This document shows positions 47,883 through 57,839 of a DNA stretch of 64,000 nt, piece after piece (position 1 is the first letter of the stretch; the number at the start of each line of letters is the position of its first letter). Position numbers and translations under genes: made by a program. The notes under the pieces were generated by a model that was not told where the DNA came from, made no database searches, and was given only the letters and a program-made list of their open reading frames with translations. This DNA is from Candidatus Bathyarchaeia archaeon (GTDB lineage Archaea; Thermoproteota; Bathyarchaeia; Bathyarchaeales; Bathycorpusculaceae), in the NCBI GenBank assembly GCA_050012255.1, contig JBEKHN010000001.1, positions 192,001 to 256,000 of the forward strand, in the 5' to 3' direction.

Positions 47883-48848
47883 ATGAGCGAAAACAGAGGA
47901 GTCTGGGTCTACTCAGAAGCACACGACCTGACCATCGAAATGCTCGGGAAAGCAAGAGAACTAGCAGACAAGCTGCAAACGGAACTCACAGCCATCCTCA
48001 TAGGAAACAACGTACAAGACAAAGCAAACGAAATGATAAGCTACGGAGCAGACAAAGTCCTCTTGGTCGACAACCCGGCTCTGGAGCGTTTTCAGGCTGA
48101 AGCCTACTTGGGCATCCTGCACAACTTGGCCATGACCTACCGGCCAGAAATCCTGCTGATCGGGTCGACGAGAAACGGAAAACCCCTCGCAGCCAGACTC
48201 GCAACCCGGCTAGACACCGGATGCGTACCAGACTGCGCAAGACTGAGTGTTGACGAGAACAAAAGACTCATCGGCGAAAGGATAACCTACGGCGGAAACG
48301 CCGTGGCCAAGGTGACCTTCAAGTCCAAGCCACAGGTAGCAACCGTGCCCGCAAGAGCGTTCGAGAAGCCCACGCCTCAAACCCGAAACGGACAGGTAAT
48401 CAAACTGGACGTGAAGATTGAGGAACCGAAGACCCAAGTGGTTGAAAGAAAACCCTTGGAAACGTCAAGCGTGAACGTCGAGGAAGCCCAGTACCTGGTC
48501 TGCTGCGGAAGAGGCCTAGAGAAAAAAGACGACAAGGTCCTGCTCGAAGAACTCGCAAACGTTCTAGGCGGCCAAGTCGGCTGCTCACGCCCACTGGTCG
48601 AGGATAGAAAGTGGTTCACAGAATGGATAGGACTCTCAGGACACAAGGTCAAACCTAAGCTCTACATGGCATGCGGCATCTCCGGCGTGATCCAACACGT
48701 CGCCGGCATACGCGACTCCAAAATAATCGTGGCGATAAACAAGGACCCAGAAGCACCTATATTTGAAATCGCAGACTACGGAGTCGTAGGCAACCTGTAC
48801 GAAGTGTTGCCAGCCCTTAGAGATGCATTAAAAAGGCAGCTTCAATGA
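47883..48848 (+). CDS. etfA: Electron transfer flavoprotein alpha subunit
   Basis: ATG at 47883, GRG, VGCSRP, IGLSG..VKPKLY.ACGISG.IQH.AG, AINKDPEAPIF. Confidence 0.93.
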   Translation: MSENRGVWVYSEAHDLTIEMLGKARELADKLQTELTAILIGNNVQDKANEMISYGADKVLLVDNPALERFQAEAYLGILHNLAMTYRPEILLIGSTRNGKPLAARLATRLDTGCVPDCARLSVDENKRLIGERITYGGNAVAKVTFKSKPQVATVPARAFEKPTPQTRNGQVIKLDVKIEEPKTQVVERKPLETSSVNVEEAQYLVCCGRGLEKKDDKVLLEELANVLGGQVGCSRPLVEDRKWFTEWIGLSGHKVKPKLYMACGISGVIQHVAGIRDSKIIVAINKDPEAPIFEIADYGVVGNLYEVLPALRDALKRQLQ

Positions 48849-48888
48849 TTGTTCGCTTTCCAAAGGGAAAAAACGAGAAGGGCTTTGT

Positions 48889-50115
48889 CTACTTGTACGC
48901 GATGAAGTCCTTTCCCAGCAGTTCTCTTGCAATCACCGTTCTCTGTATGTTCGTGGCTCCTTCAGCTCCAACGCAATAGGACATTATGCCGCGCAGACCC
49001 ATCTCCAACGGGCATTCTCTGGTGTAGCCCCATGCTCCCAGCCAAATCATGGCATGCTTGTAAACGTCAAAGGCCAGATGCGGCGCTAGGAGCTTGCAGG
49101 CCGCGATCATTTTGGTCACCTCAAGCGGCGTAAACTTGCTTTCCTTGTAGCGCATGTCCAACATCCACGCAGTTCTGTACGTCAAAGACCGCAGAGCCTC
49201 AAGGTGCGCCCAATCGTCAGCTACTTCAAACTGGATGCCCTGGAACTTGCCGATCGCTCTGCCGAAGGCTTTTCGCTCCTTTATGTAATCAATGCCGACG
49301 TCGAGTGCGCGTCTGGCAGCCCCGACACACACACTGGAGATCAGGACGCGTGCGGCGTCGAAGCCTTCCATCGTCAGGTAGAAACCCCTGTCCACATCGC
49401 CTAAACGATAAGCATCAGGTATCTTGACGTTATTCATGACAAAGCCACCTGTTGAAATCGCCATCCTTCCCATGTCCTCGTAGCGCTTGTTAATCTCAAC
49501 CCCAGCCGCGTTCATGGGCACGTAGAAACCAGTCATTCCACGATGGGCAGCTTCCGGCGATATTGGTGATGTTCGTGCAAGGACGAAGTAGCCGCCGCCG
49601 AGCTTCTTTGCCTCCTCAGTGCCGCTTATGTACGTTTTTTCACCGTTCAGGACCCAGTCATTACCCACTTTCTTTGCCGAAGACTTTAAGGCCGCAACGT
49701 CTGACCCTCCGCCGGCTTCTGTGGAACCGATGCCTATGAACGCGTCGCCTCTGATTGCCGGGCGTATGACGTCGTTGCGGACGCTTTCGCTCGCGTGCCT
49801 GTCGACCACGTATCCCCAGGATGATTCTACCAGCCAAAGCACCGGCAGAGCAATGCTCACGTCTGCGTAGCCAAGCTCTTCTCCTGCAATGCACGCCGTG
49901 ACCCAGTCTGCGCCTGTTCCGCCGTGCTCCTCCGGAGCCGTCATTATGTTCAGTCCCATTTCGCCCATGCTCTTGAGCATCGACTGAGGGATCCAACCCT
50001 GAGTGTCCATTTCCCTAATCTTTTCTATCGGCAGGTTCTTCTCGCACCATTCACGCACAGCCTTGCGAAAGAGTTCCTGTTCCTCTGTGAACCCAAATTC
50101 AACCATCTTCTCCAC
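48889..50115 (-). CDS. Acyl-CoA dehydrogenase
   Basis: TEAGGGSD, LNGEKTYIS, RKAFGRAIGKFQGIQF, GAWGY, EGATNIQR. Confidence 0.93.
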   Translation of the reverse strand: MEKMVEFGFTEEQELFRKAVREWCEKNLPIEKIREMDTQGWIPQSMLKSMGEMGLNIMTAPEEHGGTGADWVTACIAGEELGYADVSIALPVLWLVESSWGYVVDRHASESVRNDVIRPAIRGDAFIGIGSTEAGGGSDVAALKSSAKKVGNDWVLNGEKTYISGTEEAKKLGGGYFVLARTSPISPEAAHRGMTGFYVPMNAAGVEINKRYEDMGRMAISTGGFVMNNVKIPDAYRLGDVDRGFYLTMEGFDAARVLISSVCVGAARRALDVGIDYIKERKAFGRAIGKFQGIQFEVADDWAHLEALRSLTYRTAWMLDMRYKESKFTPLEVTKMIAACKLLAPHLAFDVYKHAMIWLGAWGYTRECPLEMGLRGIMSYCVGAEGATNIQRTVIARELLGKDFIAYK

Positions 50116-50164
50116 CTTTTGAAGGAAAGCTTTACGAAAGCCAATATAAAAGTTGTTTGCAGCT

Positions 50165-51040
50165 CTAACTCGAAACCTTTGCCAGAAGCACTTCTGCCGG
50201 GCTTTGATTCAAATGCAAGCCCAGCTTCCTGTCGTCTATGCCGAGCGCAAGGCCGAGCAGCTGCGTGTAGTAAACTACAGGAACGTCGAGTTTCACTCCC
50301 ACAGTCGTCCCCGCGTCCTTCTGCTTCGCGTCAAACATCAGCTGACACTCAGGGCACGATACGACTAGGCCTGCCACGTTCAAGCCTTGCACGGCTTTCA
50401 GCTTGGAACCCGCAAGTGAAAGGGCAGAATCGGGATGACTGCGCATCAACGCCGCGCCACAGCAATCAAGCTTTTCAGCATAGTCCACGGCTTCAGCACC
50501 CATTGCTTCTATCAACTCGTCGAGCTTTCTCGGGTTTTCTGCGTCGTCAACCCTTCCTAAGTCACTGTACCGTATTACCTGGCAGCCCACGTGGGTTGCG
50601 ACCTTCAAACCCCTGAGGGGTTTCTTCACAGCTTTCCTGATTTTCTCCAACCCCACGAGGTCGTGTAGAAGGTCGATCGTGTGCCAGATCTTGATGTTCG
50701 GGCCGTAGTCTAACCCCTCCTCTTTCAGCAAACTGATGATCTTCTGAGCGGTCTGAGGGTTCTTCTTCATAGTGTCTTGAGCCTCAGTGAGTGTGAAGTG
50801 GCAGCGGTTGCACGGGACAAGCAAATTGTCCAGGCCGGTTGAATTTGCTAGGGCTAGAATCCTAGCCGCTAGGAAGTTGGCCGCAAACTCGTTGACACTC
50901 TTCACTGGGTCGCCGCAGCAGACGGATTCGCTGAGGTCGACCAGCTCGACGCCAAACTTGGGAAGAGTTGCGCGAAGCGACATCTCGTAGGCGAACTGGT
51001 TAGCCTGTATGCAACAGCCCCAGTAAACGGCGATTTTCAC
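50165..51040 (-). CDS. hdrB: Heterodisulfide reductase subunit B
   Basis: YWGC, CCG, PCNRC, HVGC, CCG, CPEC (two CCG domains). Confidence 0.92.
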   Translation of the reverse strand: MKIAVYWGCCIQANQFAYEMSLRATLPKFGVELVDLSESVCCGDPVKSVNEFAANFLAARILALANSTGLDNLLVPCNRCHFTLTEAQDTMKKNPQTAQKIISLLKEEGLDYGPNIKIWHTIDLLHDLVGLEKIRKAVKKPLRGLKVATHVGCQVIRYSDLGRVDDAENPRKLDELIEAMGAEAVDYAEKLDCCGAALMRSHPDSALSLAGSKLKAVQGLNVAGLVVSCPECQLMFDAKQKDAGTTVGVKLDVPVVYYTQLLGLALGIDDRKLGLHLNQSPAEVLLAKVSS

Positions 51041-51041
51041 C

Positions 51042-51551
51042 CTACTTCTCCTCCATAGCCTTCATGAAGGTGGCTTGAAAAGTCTGCTTCGGAGGCTTGA
51101 TCTTCGGCAGTTTCGCGGATTCGCGGTCAACGGTTTCCATCTTTCTGGTCACGATCTTCTGAGGAGGCTCTGCCAATCCGGTTTCCAGTATCTGTGAAAC
51201 GATTTTCAAGTATCCCTCGGGCACTTTTGCCCCTCTTTCAACGGCAAGGTTTCTGAGGGCTATTATGACGTGGTAGGGCGAAGCCTTCTGCGGGCACCTT
51301 TGGACGCATTTCAGGCACGTGACGCAGGTCCAAATGATGTCTGAAGATGGCAACTCCTCCACGAGACCCAGGTTGACGAGCTTCACTATTTCGTGCGGCT
51401 TCAGCTCCAGCAGCTTCAGGGCCGTGCAACCGCTCGTGCATCTTATACACTGATAACAGTTTACGAGCTCCCTTCCGCCGAGCTTCAACAGAATTCTGTC
51501 TCGCAATTCGAAGTTGGGCTTGGCCGTAGACATCAAGTCAACCAGACTCAA
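51042..51551 (-). CDS. hdrC: Heterodisulfide reductase subunit C
   Basis: CYQCIRCTSGC, IWTCVTCLKCVQRCPQ. Confidence 0.92.
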   Translation of the reverse strand: MSLVDLMSTAKPNFELRDRILLKLGGRELVNCYQCIRCTSGCTALKLLELKPHEIVKLVNLGLVEELPSSDIIWTCVTCLKCVQRCPQKASPYHVIIALRNLAVERGAKVPEGYLKIVSQILETGLAEPPQKIVTRKMETVDRESAKLPKIKPPKQTFQATFMKAMEEK

Positions 51552-51552
51552 G

Positions 51553-53532
51553 TCACCCTTCTCCTTCAGCGCATGTCTCTGCTAGTGCTGCTTGAACTTG
51601 AGTCACGACCTGCTTGTTGTCATATTGCTGGATTTTGACGGCGCCCGTCGGACAAGCAGAGCTGCACAGACCGCAACCCTGGCACACGGCCTCAACGACT
51701 TCAGCCGTTAGCTTTTCTTCACCCTTCACGAGCTCGGACTTCATCTCTATAGCAACAAAAGGACAGATCGACTCGCAGATCCTGCATCCACTGCACAGGT
51801 CCTTGTCAACCACAGCTTTCAACGGTTCAATATCGATCTCTCCGCTTAAAAGCAAGTCTATCACCTTTGCCGCGGCTCCACTTGCCTGCGCTACCGTATC
51901 AGGAATGTCCTTGGGTCCTTGACACACGCCCGCGAGAAACACGCCTGCCATCGCACTCTCGAGCGGTCGCAGCTTCGGGTGTGCTTCCAAGAGGAAACCG
52001 TCTGCACTTCTAGGCGCATGCAATAACGCACTGATTTTCCCGAGGTCGCCACTAGGTACGAGTCCCGTTCCAAGCACGACCAGGTCTGCGTGAACTTCTA
52101 GGAGCTTGTTTGTTCCCCTGTCATAAACGTCGAAGTAGAGTGAACCGTCCGCTGCGCAATGGATTTCAGAGGGTAAGCCAGCCACAAAATCTATGTCCAT
52201 GTCCCTTGCACGCCCATAGAATTCCTCGTAGCCCTTTCCGAACGCTCGAAGGTCAATGAAGCATGTGTATATCTTCAAGTCGCCCGGGATCTTCTCGCGG
52301 GCCAAGATTGCCTGCTTAAGCGTTACCATGCATCCCACGCGGCAGCAGTACTCGTGGAAGCGCTTGTCGCGGGAGCCCACGCACTGTATGAAAGCTATGC
52401 TTCTGGGTATCTTCCCGTCCGAAAGTCTTGTCAGATGTCCTCCTGTCGGGCCAGATGCGCATACAAGGCGTTCAAGTTCCATGGCTGTTATGACATTCTT
52501 AAATCGCTTGTATCCATACTGCGGAATCGCCGAAGGGTCGAAAACGTCGAAGCCGGTTGAAACAACGATTGCTCCAACGTTGAGCTCGATCTCTTCTGGT
52601 TTCTGCGCCCTGTTGACTGCATCGGTCGGACAGACCTTCTCGCAGAGACCGCATTCAACGCAGCTTTCCTTGTCTATTACTGGCACTCTGGGAACCGCTT
52701 GCATGAAGGGTGTGTAGATCGCTTTTCTCACTCCTATGCACTCATCAAACTCGCTCTGCGCTTCTGCGGGGCAGTTCTCCGAGCAGATTAGGCATCCGGT
52801 GCACTTTTTCTCGTCGACGTATCTCGGCTTTTTAAGAACCGTCACCTTGAAATTGCCGACCGAGCCCTTCACTCCTTTGACTTCCGAGTAGGTGAGTAGT
52901 TGAACGTTCGGGTGGTGCGCACAATCTATCATTTTCGGCGCAAGAATGCACATTGAACAGTCCATCGTGGGAAAAGTCTTGTCCAGCTGGGCCATCTTTC
53001 CGCCTATGCTGGGGGATTTCTCGACTAGGTAAACTTTGAAGCCTGCATTGGCCAGGTCAAGCGAGGCTTGTATGCCCGCTATGCCGCCTCCCAGGACCAA
53101 GACGCCCTTTTCAACGCGTATCTTGTGTTTCTCTAATGGCTCCAGAAGCCTCGCGCGAGCCACACCCATCCTAACGAGCGCTTCAGCTTTTTCTGTTGCC
53201 TTCTCAGGTTCATGAGTGTGCGCCCAGGAGACTTGTTCTCGCAAGTTGACTATCTCAGTCAGGTATGGGTTGAGCCCCGCCTCTGCAACTGCTCTGCGGA
53301 ACGTTTCTTCGTGCATGCGAGGCGAGCATGTTGCAATTACTATTCTGTCAAGTTTGTGGTCTTCAATATCATCCTGAATAAGCTGTTGGCCAGGTTCAGA
53401 ACACATGTAAGCGTAATGCTTAGCTGTCACAACATCTGGCAGAGTTTTGGCGTATTCTACCACTTTTTCCACATCAACAACACCAGCGATGTTTGAGCCG
53501 CAGTGGCAGACGTACACGCCTATCCTTGCCAT
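51553..53532 (-). CDS. hdrA: Heterodisulfide reductase subunit A
   Basis: IGVYVCHCG, CSPRMHE, QLDKTFPTMDC, QCVGSRD, HPKLRP, ferredoxin motifs. Confidence 0.95.
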   Translation of the reverse strand: MARIGVYVCHCGSNIAGVVDVEKVVEYAKTLPDVVTAKHYAYMCSEPGQQLIQDDIEDHKLDRIVIATCSPRMHEETFRRAVAEAGLNPYLTEIVNLREQVSWAHTHEPEKATEKAEALVRMGVARARLLEPLEKHKIRVEKGVLVLGGGIAGIQASLDLANAGFKVYLVEKSPSIGGKMAQLDKTFPTMDCSMCILAPKMIDCAHHPNVQLLTYSEVKGVKGSVGNFKVTVLKKPRYVDEKKCTGCLICSENCPAEAQSEFDECIGVRKAIYTPFMQAVPRVPVIDKESCVECGLCEKVCPTDAVNRAQKPEEIELNVGAIVVSTGFDVFDPSAIPQYGYKRFKNVITAMELERLVCASGPTGGHLTRLSDGKIPRSIAFIQCVGSRDKRFHEYCCRVGCMVTLKQAILAREKIPGDLKIYTCFIDLRAFGKGYEEFYGRARDMDIDFVAGLPSEIHCAADGSLYFDVYDRGTNKLLEVHADLVVLGTGLVPSGDLGKISALLHAPRSADGFLLEAHPKLRPLESAMAGVFLAGVCQGPKDIPDTVAQASGAAAKVIDLLLSGEIDIEPLKAVVDKDLCSGCRICESICPFVAIEMKSELVKGEEKLTAEVVEAVCQGCGLCSSACPTGAVKIQQYDNKQVVTQVQAALAETCAEGEG

Positions 53533-53694
53533 CAGTCAGCCATCCATAAAGTTGCTCCTGTTTAATTGCCCTTGCCGCTCTCTATTATCTTTTCTGCCGA
53601 AAGCATGGTGATTTCAATGTTGCAAAAAAGGCGACGTGAAATGGGCTGTTCAAAACGCAGTTTTACTTAGAACACGATAATCGCTTTTGGCCGC

Positions 53695-54198
53695 TTAGTA
53701 TACTGAGACCTTGGCCACTCCTTTCACATTCAGTAACTCAGGAATGAGTTCCCCTGGAATTTTCTTTTCAACGATCAGTGACAGTTTGGGTTCGGGTGAA
53801 AGCTCGGGGTCATCCACGATTGCCTGTCTAATGCTCAAACCATTCTTCGCCAAAATCATTGCGGAGCTAGCTAATATTCCCGGGATCTTCGCGTCGACAG
53901 GTGTTATTTCTACAACTCCCAGGTTCAAGTGCTTGGCGATCTCCTTGAGTGAAAGTCCAGAAGATCTTATGCCCTCAAATATCAACCTAAGTTCACGGTC
54001 AGACTTGATTGCGTTCAATGTCTCCTTGACAGTTCTCCTGTCCACCCCTGCAGCCCGGGCCACACGCACTGGCGGAATCTCGATCTCGTTAAGGTAAATC
54101 TTCCCATCCCTTGCACTGAGTCCATTTTCTATGAGAACACGGGCTACCCTGAGCCTCTCAGGATGTCCCTCGAAATATTTCTTCACGTTATTCCACAT
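53695..54198 (-). CDS. ACT-domain regulator of amino acid metabolism (COG2150-like)
   Basis: ARAAGVDRRTV HTH, PGILA..A..LAK.GLSIRQ..DDP. Confidence 0.82.
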   Translation of the reverse strand: MWNNVKKYFEGHPERLRVARVLIENGLSARDGKIYLNEIEIPPVRVARAAGVDRRTVKETLNAIKSDRELRLIFEGIRSSGLSLKEIAKHLNLGVVEITPVDAKIPGILASSAMILAKNGLSIRQAIVDDPELSPEPKLSLIVEKKIPGELIPELLNVKGVAKVSVY

Positions 54199-54308
54199 GA
54201 CGGCTGGCCCCGTGTACATTTTTGTGCAACAAAGTATAAATATGTTCTTGCCATATTGAGTCTGTTAAAGAGCATCAATGCATAGAAATGTTCATTGGAG
54301 AACCTAAA

Positions 54309-55673
54309 ATGACACAACAATCGCACAAAAACCAAGAATACGTGACAAACTTAAACCCAGACGACATACCTACATCTTGGTACAACATACAAGCCGACCT
54401 CCCAGAACCTCTGGCACCTCCGTTGGATCCAACAACGCTGAAGCCAATAGGTCCAGAAATGCTTGAAAGGATATTTGCAAAAGAACTTGTCAGACAAGAG
54501 GTTTCAGCGGAACGCTTCATCACAATACCGAATGACGTGCTTGACGCTTATCTAGGGCTTCCGCGTCCAACCCCGCTTTATCGTGCACGCAGGCTTGAGA
54601 AGTTCTTGAAGACGCCTGCGCAGATATACTTTAAGTGTGAAAACTTCAGTCCCACGGGGAGCCACAAGACCAACACAGCCATCGCACAAGCCTACTACAA
54701 CAAGAAACAAGGAGTCGAAAGACTTGCCACTGAGACAGGCGCGGGGCAGTGGGGAACAGCCTTGGCCTTGGCAACCAGGCTTTTTGGTTTGAAATGTCGA
54801 ATATACATGGTCCGAGTGAGCTATGAACAGAAGCCCGGCAGGAGAACGATAGCGCAACTGTACGGAGCTGAGATGTTCCCATCGCCAAGCGACCAGACAA
54901 GCTTCGGCAGGAAACTGCTTAAAGAGAATCCGAACCTTCCTGGGACACTCGGCATAGCTATCACTGAAGCCATAGAAGACACTCTCGCTCACGACGATAC
55001 CAGATATTCGCTTGGCTCAGTGCTGAACCATGTTTTGATGCACCAAACCATCGTAGGATTGGAGGCCAAAAAACAGTTTGAACTCTTAGACATAAGCCCC
55101 AACGTGGTCTGCGGTTGCATAGGCGGCGGTTCCAACTATGGCGGTTTCTGCTTCCCGTTCATGAAGGACAAGCTCAGAGGAAAAACAAGCACGGAGTTTG
55201 TTGCATGCGAATCGAAGGCGATTCCGCACACAACGAGAGGCGTTTACACTTATGACCACGGCGACACTGGCAAGATGACTCCACTTATCAAAATGCTGAC
55301 AATTGGACACGATTATGCGTGCCCCCCAGTCCATGCGGGTGGTTTAAGATATCATGGGATGGCGCCGTTGATATCGTACCTGATCTACAAAGGCTATGCG
55401 AGATCAGTTGCATACGGTCAAGGCGAGGTTTTCGAGGCCGCGAAGCTGCTGGCTCAAACAGAAGGATTGATAACGGCTCCTGAAACGGCTCACAGCCTGA
55501 AATTTGTCGTAGACGAGGCTTTGAGATGCAAGAGGACTGGTGAAAAAAGAATAATCGCGATGAATTACAGTGGACACGGCTTGCTTGATCTATCAGCGTA
55601 TGAGCAGTTTCTTGCCGGAAAGCTCGTCGAGTACGAACCTGAGAAAATCGAAGTTCCAACCTTCAGCCATTAG
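54309..55673 (+). CDS. trpB2: Tryptophan synthase beta chain type 2 (TrpB2)
   Basis: IPTSWYNI.AD, RPTPLYRA, GSHKTNTA, TETGAGQWG, SLGSVLNHV, HAGGLRYHG, SGHG. Confidence 0.95.
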   Translation: MTQQSHKNQEYVTNLNPDDIPTSWYNIQADLPEPLAPPLDPTTLKPIGPEMLERIFAKELVRQEVSAERFITIPNDVLDAYLGLPRPTPLYRARRLEKFLKTPAQIYFKCENFSPTGSHKTNTAIAQAYYNKKQGVERLATETGAGQWGTALALATRLFGLKCRIYMVRVSYEQKPGRRTIAQLYGAEMFPSPSDQTSFGRKLLKENPNLPGTLGIAITEAIEDTLAHDDTRYSLGSVLNHVLMHQTIVGLEAKKQFELLDISPNVVCGCIGGGSNYGGFCFPFMKDKLRGKTSTEFVACESKAIPHTTRGVYTYDHGDTGKMTPLIKMLTIGHDYACPPVHAGGLRYHGMAPLISYLIYKGYARSVAYGQGEVFEAAKLLAQTEGLITAPETAHSLKFVVDEALRCKRTGEKRIIAMNYSGHGLLDLSAYEQFLAGKLVEYEPEKIEVPTFSH

Positions 55674-55687
55674 GGGATCGGAAACCA

Positions 55688-56332
55688 TTGACGTCAACTA
55701 CCTTGAGAACCGAAAATTCAAGATTCAATAGAGTGGTTTTGTTGCAAATTGACCAGCTCAGACCACATGAAAAGGGTTCTCCAGTCTACTTGGAACTTCT
55801 CAGACGCGAAATACTCAGGGATGGCATGCTCAGGTATCCGATAGTAGCTGACGAAAAGACACGCGTCATCCTAGACGGAATGCATCGTTGGCTGGCGCTG
55901 AAGAGCATTGGCTACAAGGCAATACCAGTCTTGCTAGTTGACGTTTTCCAAAAACCAGCGATTCGCGTTGGAAGAAAAAGGATTCATCAATACATAAGTG
56001 ATTCGATTGAAGAGATGACTGTTGAGAGGGTTATCTCGGTGGGACTTGATGGGCAACTCATGGAACCTCGTACGACTAGGCATTTCTTTCCGTTCTCAAA
56101 ATATCAGCTCATCAATTATCCATTGAGCCTGTTGAAGAGGGGAGCACCTTGCGACGTTTCTTCATACTTGTCCAAGGAGAGTGATGAAGAATGCAGCTTA
56201 GCTATTAAACAGTGGCTAGAAGAGATATCCGAGGAATTGGATTTTCTGACAAAAAAGAAGGCAGAAGTGGAGAAGGAAAAGGAAGAGTTTCTGAATAGAG
56301 TCAAGAACCTAGGCAGTTTTTCAACCTTTTAG
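55688..56332 (+). CDS. ParB/Srx-fold protein, probable free serine kinase (SerK/SbnI-like)
   Basis: LRPHE, DG.L.YPI, ILDGMHRW.AL..IG...IP, TTRHF. Confidence 0.7.
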   Translation: MTSTTLRTENSRFNRVVLLQIDQLRPHEKGSPVYLELLRREILRDGMLRYPIVADEKTRVILDGMHRWLALKSIGYKAIPVLLVDVFQKPAIRVGRKRIHQYISDSIEEMTVERVISVGLDGQLMEPRTTRHFFPFSKYQLINYPLSLLKRGAPCDVSSYLSKESDEECSLAIKQWLEEISEELDFLTKKKAEVEKEKEEFLNRVKNLGSFSTF

Positions 56333-56504
56333 GTTTCATGAAATTCTGGCTGCACAGAAAAAGTCATGCACATAGGTTATTAGCCAATAAATAAGGAGAG
56401 ACGATGCAAAGGCTGTTGCTGCAGGTTTGTCCACGCTAGGTTTAAATAGAATCAGCGGCTAGTATTGAACCCCCATCTGATCTGGGTTTTGAGAGGAATC
56501 GTTT

Positions 56505-57839
56505 ATGCAGAAGACGAGAGTTATTATAATGGGCGCGGCTGGTAGGGACTTCCATAACTTTAACGTCTACTTCAGAAACAACGATGCTTATGAGGTTGTA
56601 GCTTTCACGGCAACGCAGATTCCTGGGATAGGAGGGAGAAACTATCCGCCGGAGCTTGCAGGTTCAAGATATCCAGACGGTATACCAATATACCAAGAGG
56701 AAGAATTGCCTAAGCTGATAAGAGACTACGATGTTGACCAGGTTGTTTTTGCGTATAGTGACGTTTCGCATGAATACGTTATGCACAAGGCTTCCATTGC
56801 GCTTGCAAACGGCGCAGACTTTCGGTTGATGGGCCCGAAGACGACAATGCTAAAAGCAAAAGTGCCAGTGATTGCCGTCTGCGCGGTCAGGACTGGATCA
56901 GGAAAGAGTCAAACTTCACGGCAAGTTGCCAAGATTCTGAAGAGTAAGGGTTTGAATGTTGTAGCAATCAGGCATCCGATGCCTTATGGAGACCTGACGA
57001 AGCAAATCTGTGAACGCTTTGCCTCTTATGAGGATCTGGACAGGTATGACTGCACGATTGAGGAGAGAGAGGAGTATGAGCCACACATCGACAACGGCAT
57101 AATTGTCTACGCTGGAGTTGACTACGAAAAAATACTGCGCGAGGCAGAGGAAGAAGCAGACGTGATAGTTTGGGATGGCGGCAACAATGACTTGTCCTTC
57201 TACAAGCCAGATCTGTGCATTGTTGTGGCTGACCCTCATAGAGCTGGTCATGAACTGGCTTACCATCCTGGTGAGGCAAATCTGCGGATGGCCAACGTGA
57301 TAATAATTAACAAGGTTGACACCGCTGACCCGCAGAAAGTGAAGCTAGTCAAAGAAAACATCAAGCTAGTCAATCCAAACGCAACAGTCTTGGAAGCTGC
57401 TTCACCGATAACCGCTGACAACCCAGAGGCTGTCAGGGGCAAACGTGCGTTGGTGATTGAGGATGGACCTACGATCACTCATGGGAACATGCCCTACGGA
57501 GCTGGAGTGATATTTGCGCAGAAGTTCGGAGCAGGTGCAATCGTCGATCCGAGGCCCTACGCTGTGGGCTCAATTAAGGAAGCATATGAAAAGTACAGGC
57601 ATCTGGGCGCGGTGCTTCCCGCGCTGGGCTACGGTGGAAAACAGATAGCTGAACTCAAAGAAACCATTGACCGCACTCCATGTGATGTTGTGGTGATCGG
57701 CACACCCATAGATTTGAGAAGGGTGATAACTATCAAGCAGCCAACGGTGAGAGTCAAGTATGAACTCAAAGTTTTAGGGCCCGTTTCGCTTGAGCACGTC
57801 TTGGAAGAGTTCATTGAAAGAAGTGTGAAAAGGCAATGA
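56505..57839 (+). CDS. COG2403 P-loop NTPase (often annotated cDPG synthetase; arginine synthetase ArcE-like)
   Basis: GAAGRDFHNFN, RTGSGKSQT, RHPMPYG, EEREEYEPH, WDGGNND, EDGPT.THG. Confidence 0.75.
   Translation: MQKTRVIIMGAAGRDFHNFNVYFRNNDAYEVVAFTATQIPGIGGRNYPPELAGSRYPDGIPIYQEEELPKLIRDYDVDQVVFAYSDVSHEYVMHKASIALANGADFRLMGPKTTMLKAKVPVIAVCAVRTGSGKSQTSRQVAKILKSKGLNVVAIRHPMPYGDLTKQICERFASYEDLDRYDCTIEEREEYEPHIDNGIIVYAGVDYEKILREAEEEADVIVWDGGNNDLSFYKPDLCIVVADPHRAGHELAYHPGEANLRMANVIIINKVDTADPQKVKLVKENIKLVNPNATVLEAASPITADNPEAVRGKRALVIEDGPTITHGNMPYGAGVIFAQKFGAGAIVDPRPYAVGSIKEAYEKYRHLGAVLPALGYGGKQIAELKETIDRTPCDVVVIGTPIDLRRVITIKQPTVRVKYELKVLGPVSLEHVLEEFIERSVKRQ

Noticed and set aside
26390-53532. Hdr genes as evidence of methanogenesis
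   Set aside because: Hdr complexes are widespread in non-methanogens, and there are no mcr or mtr genes in the window.
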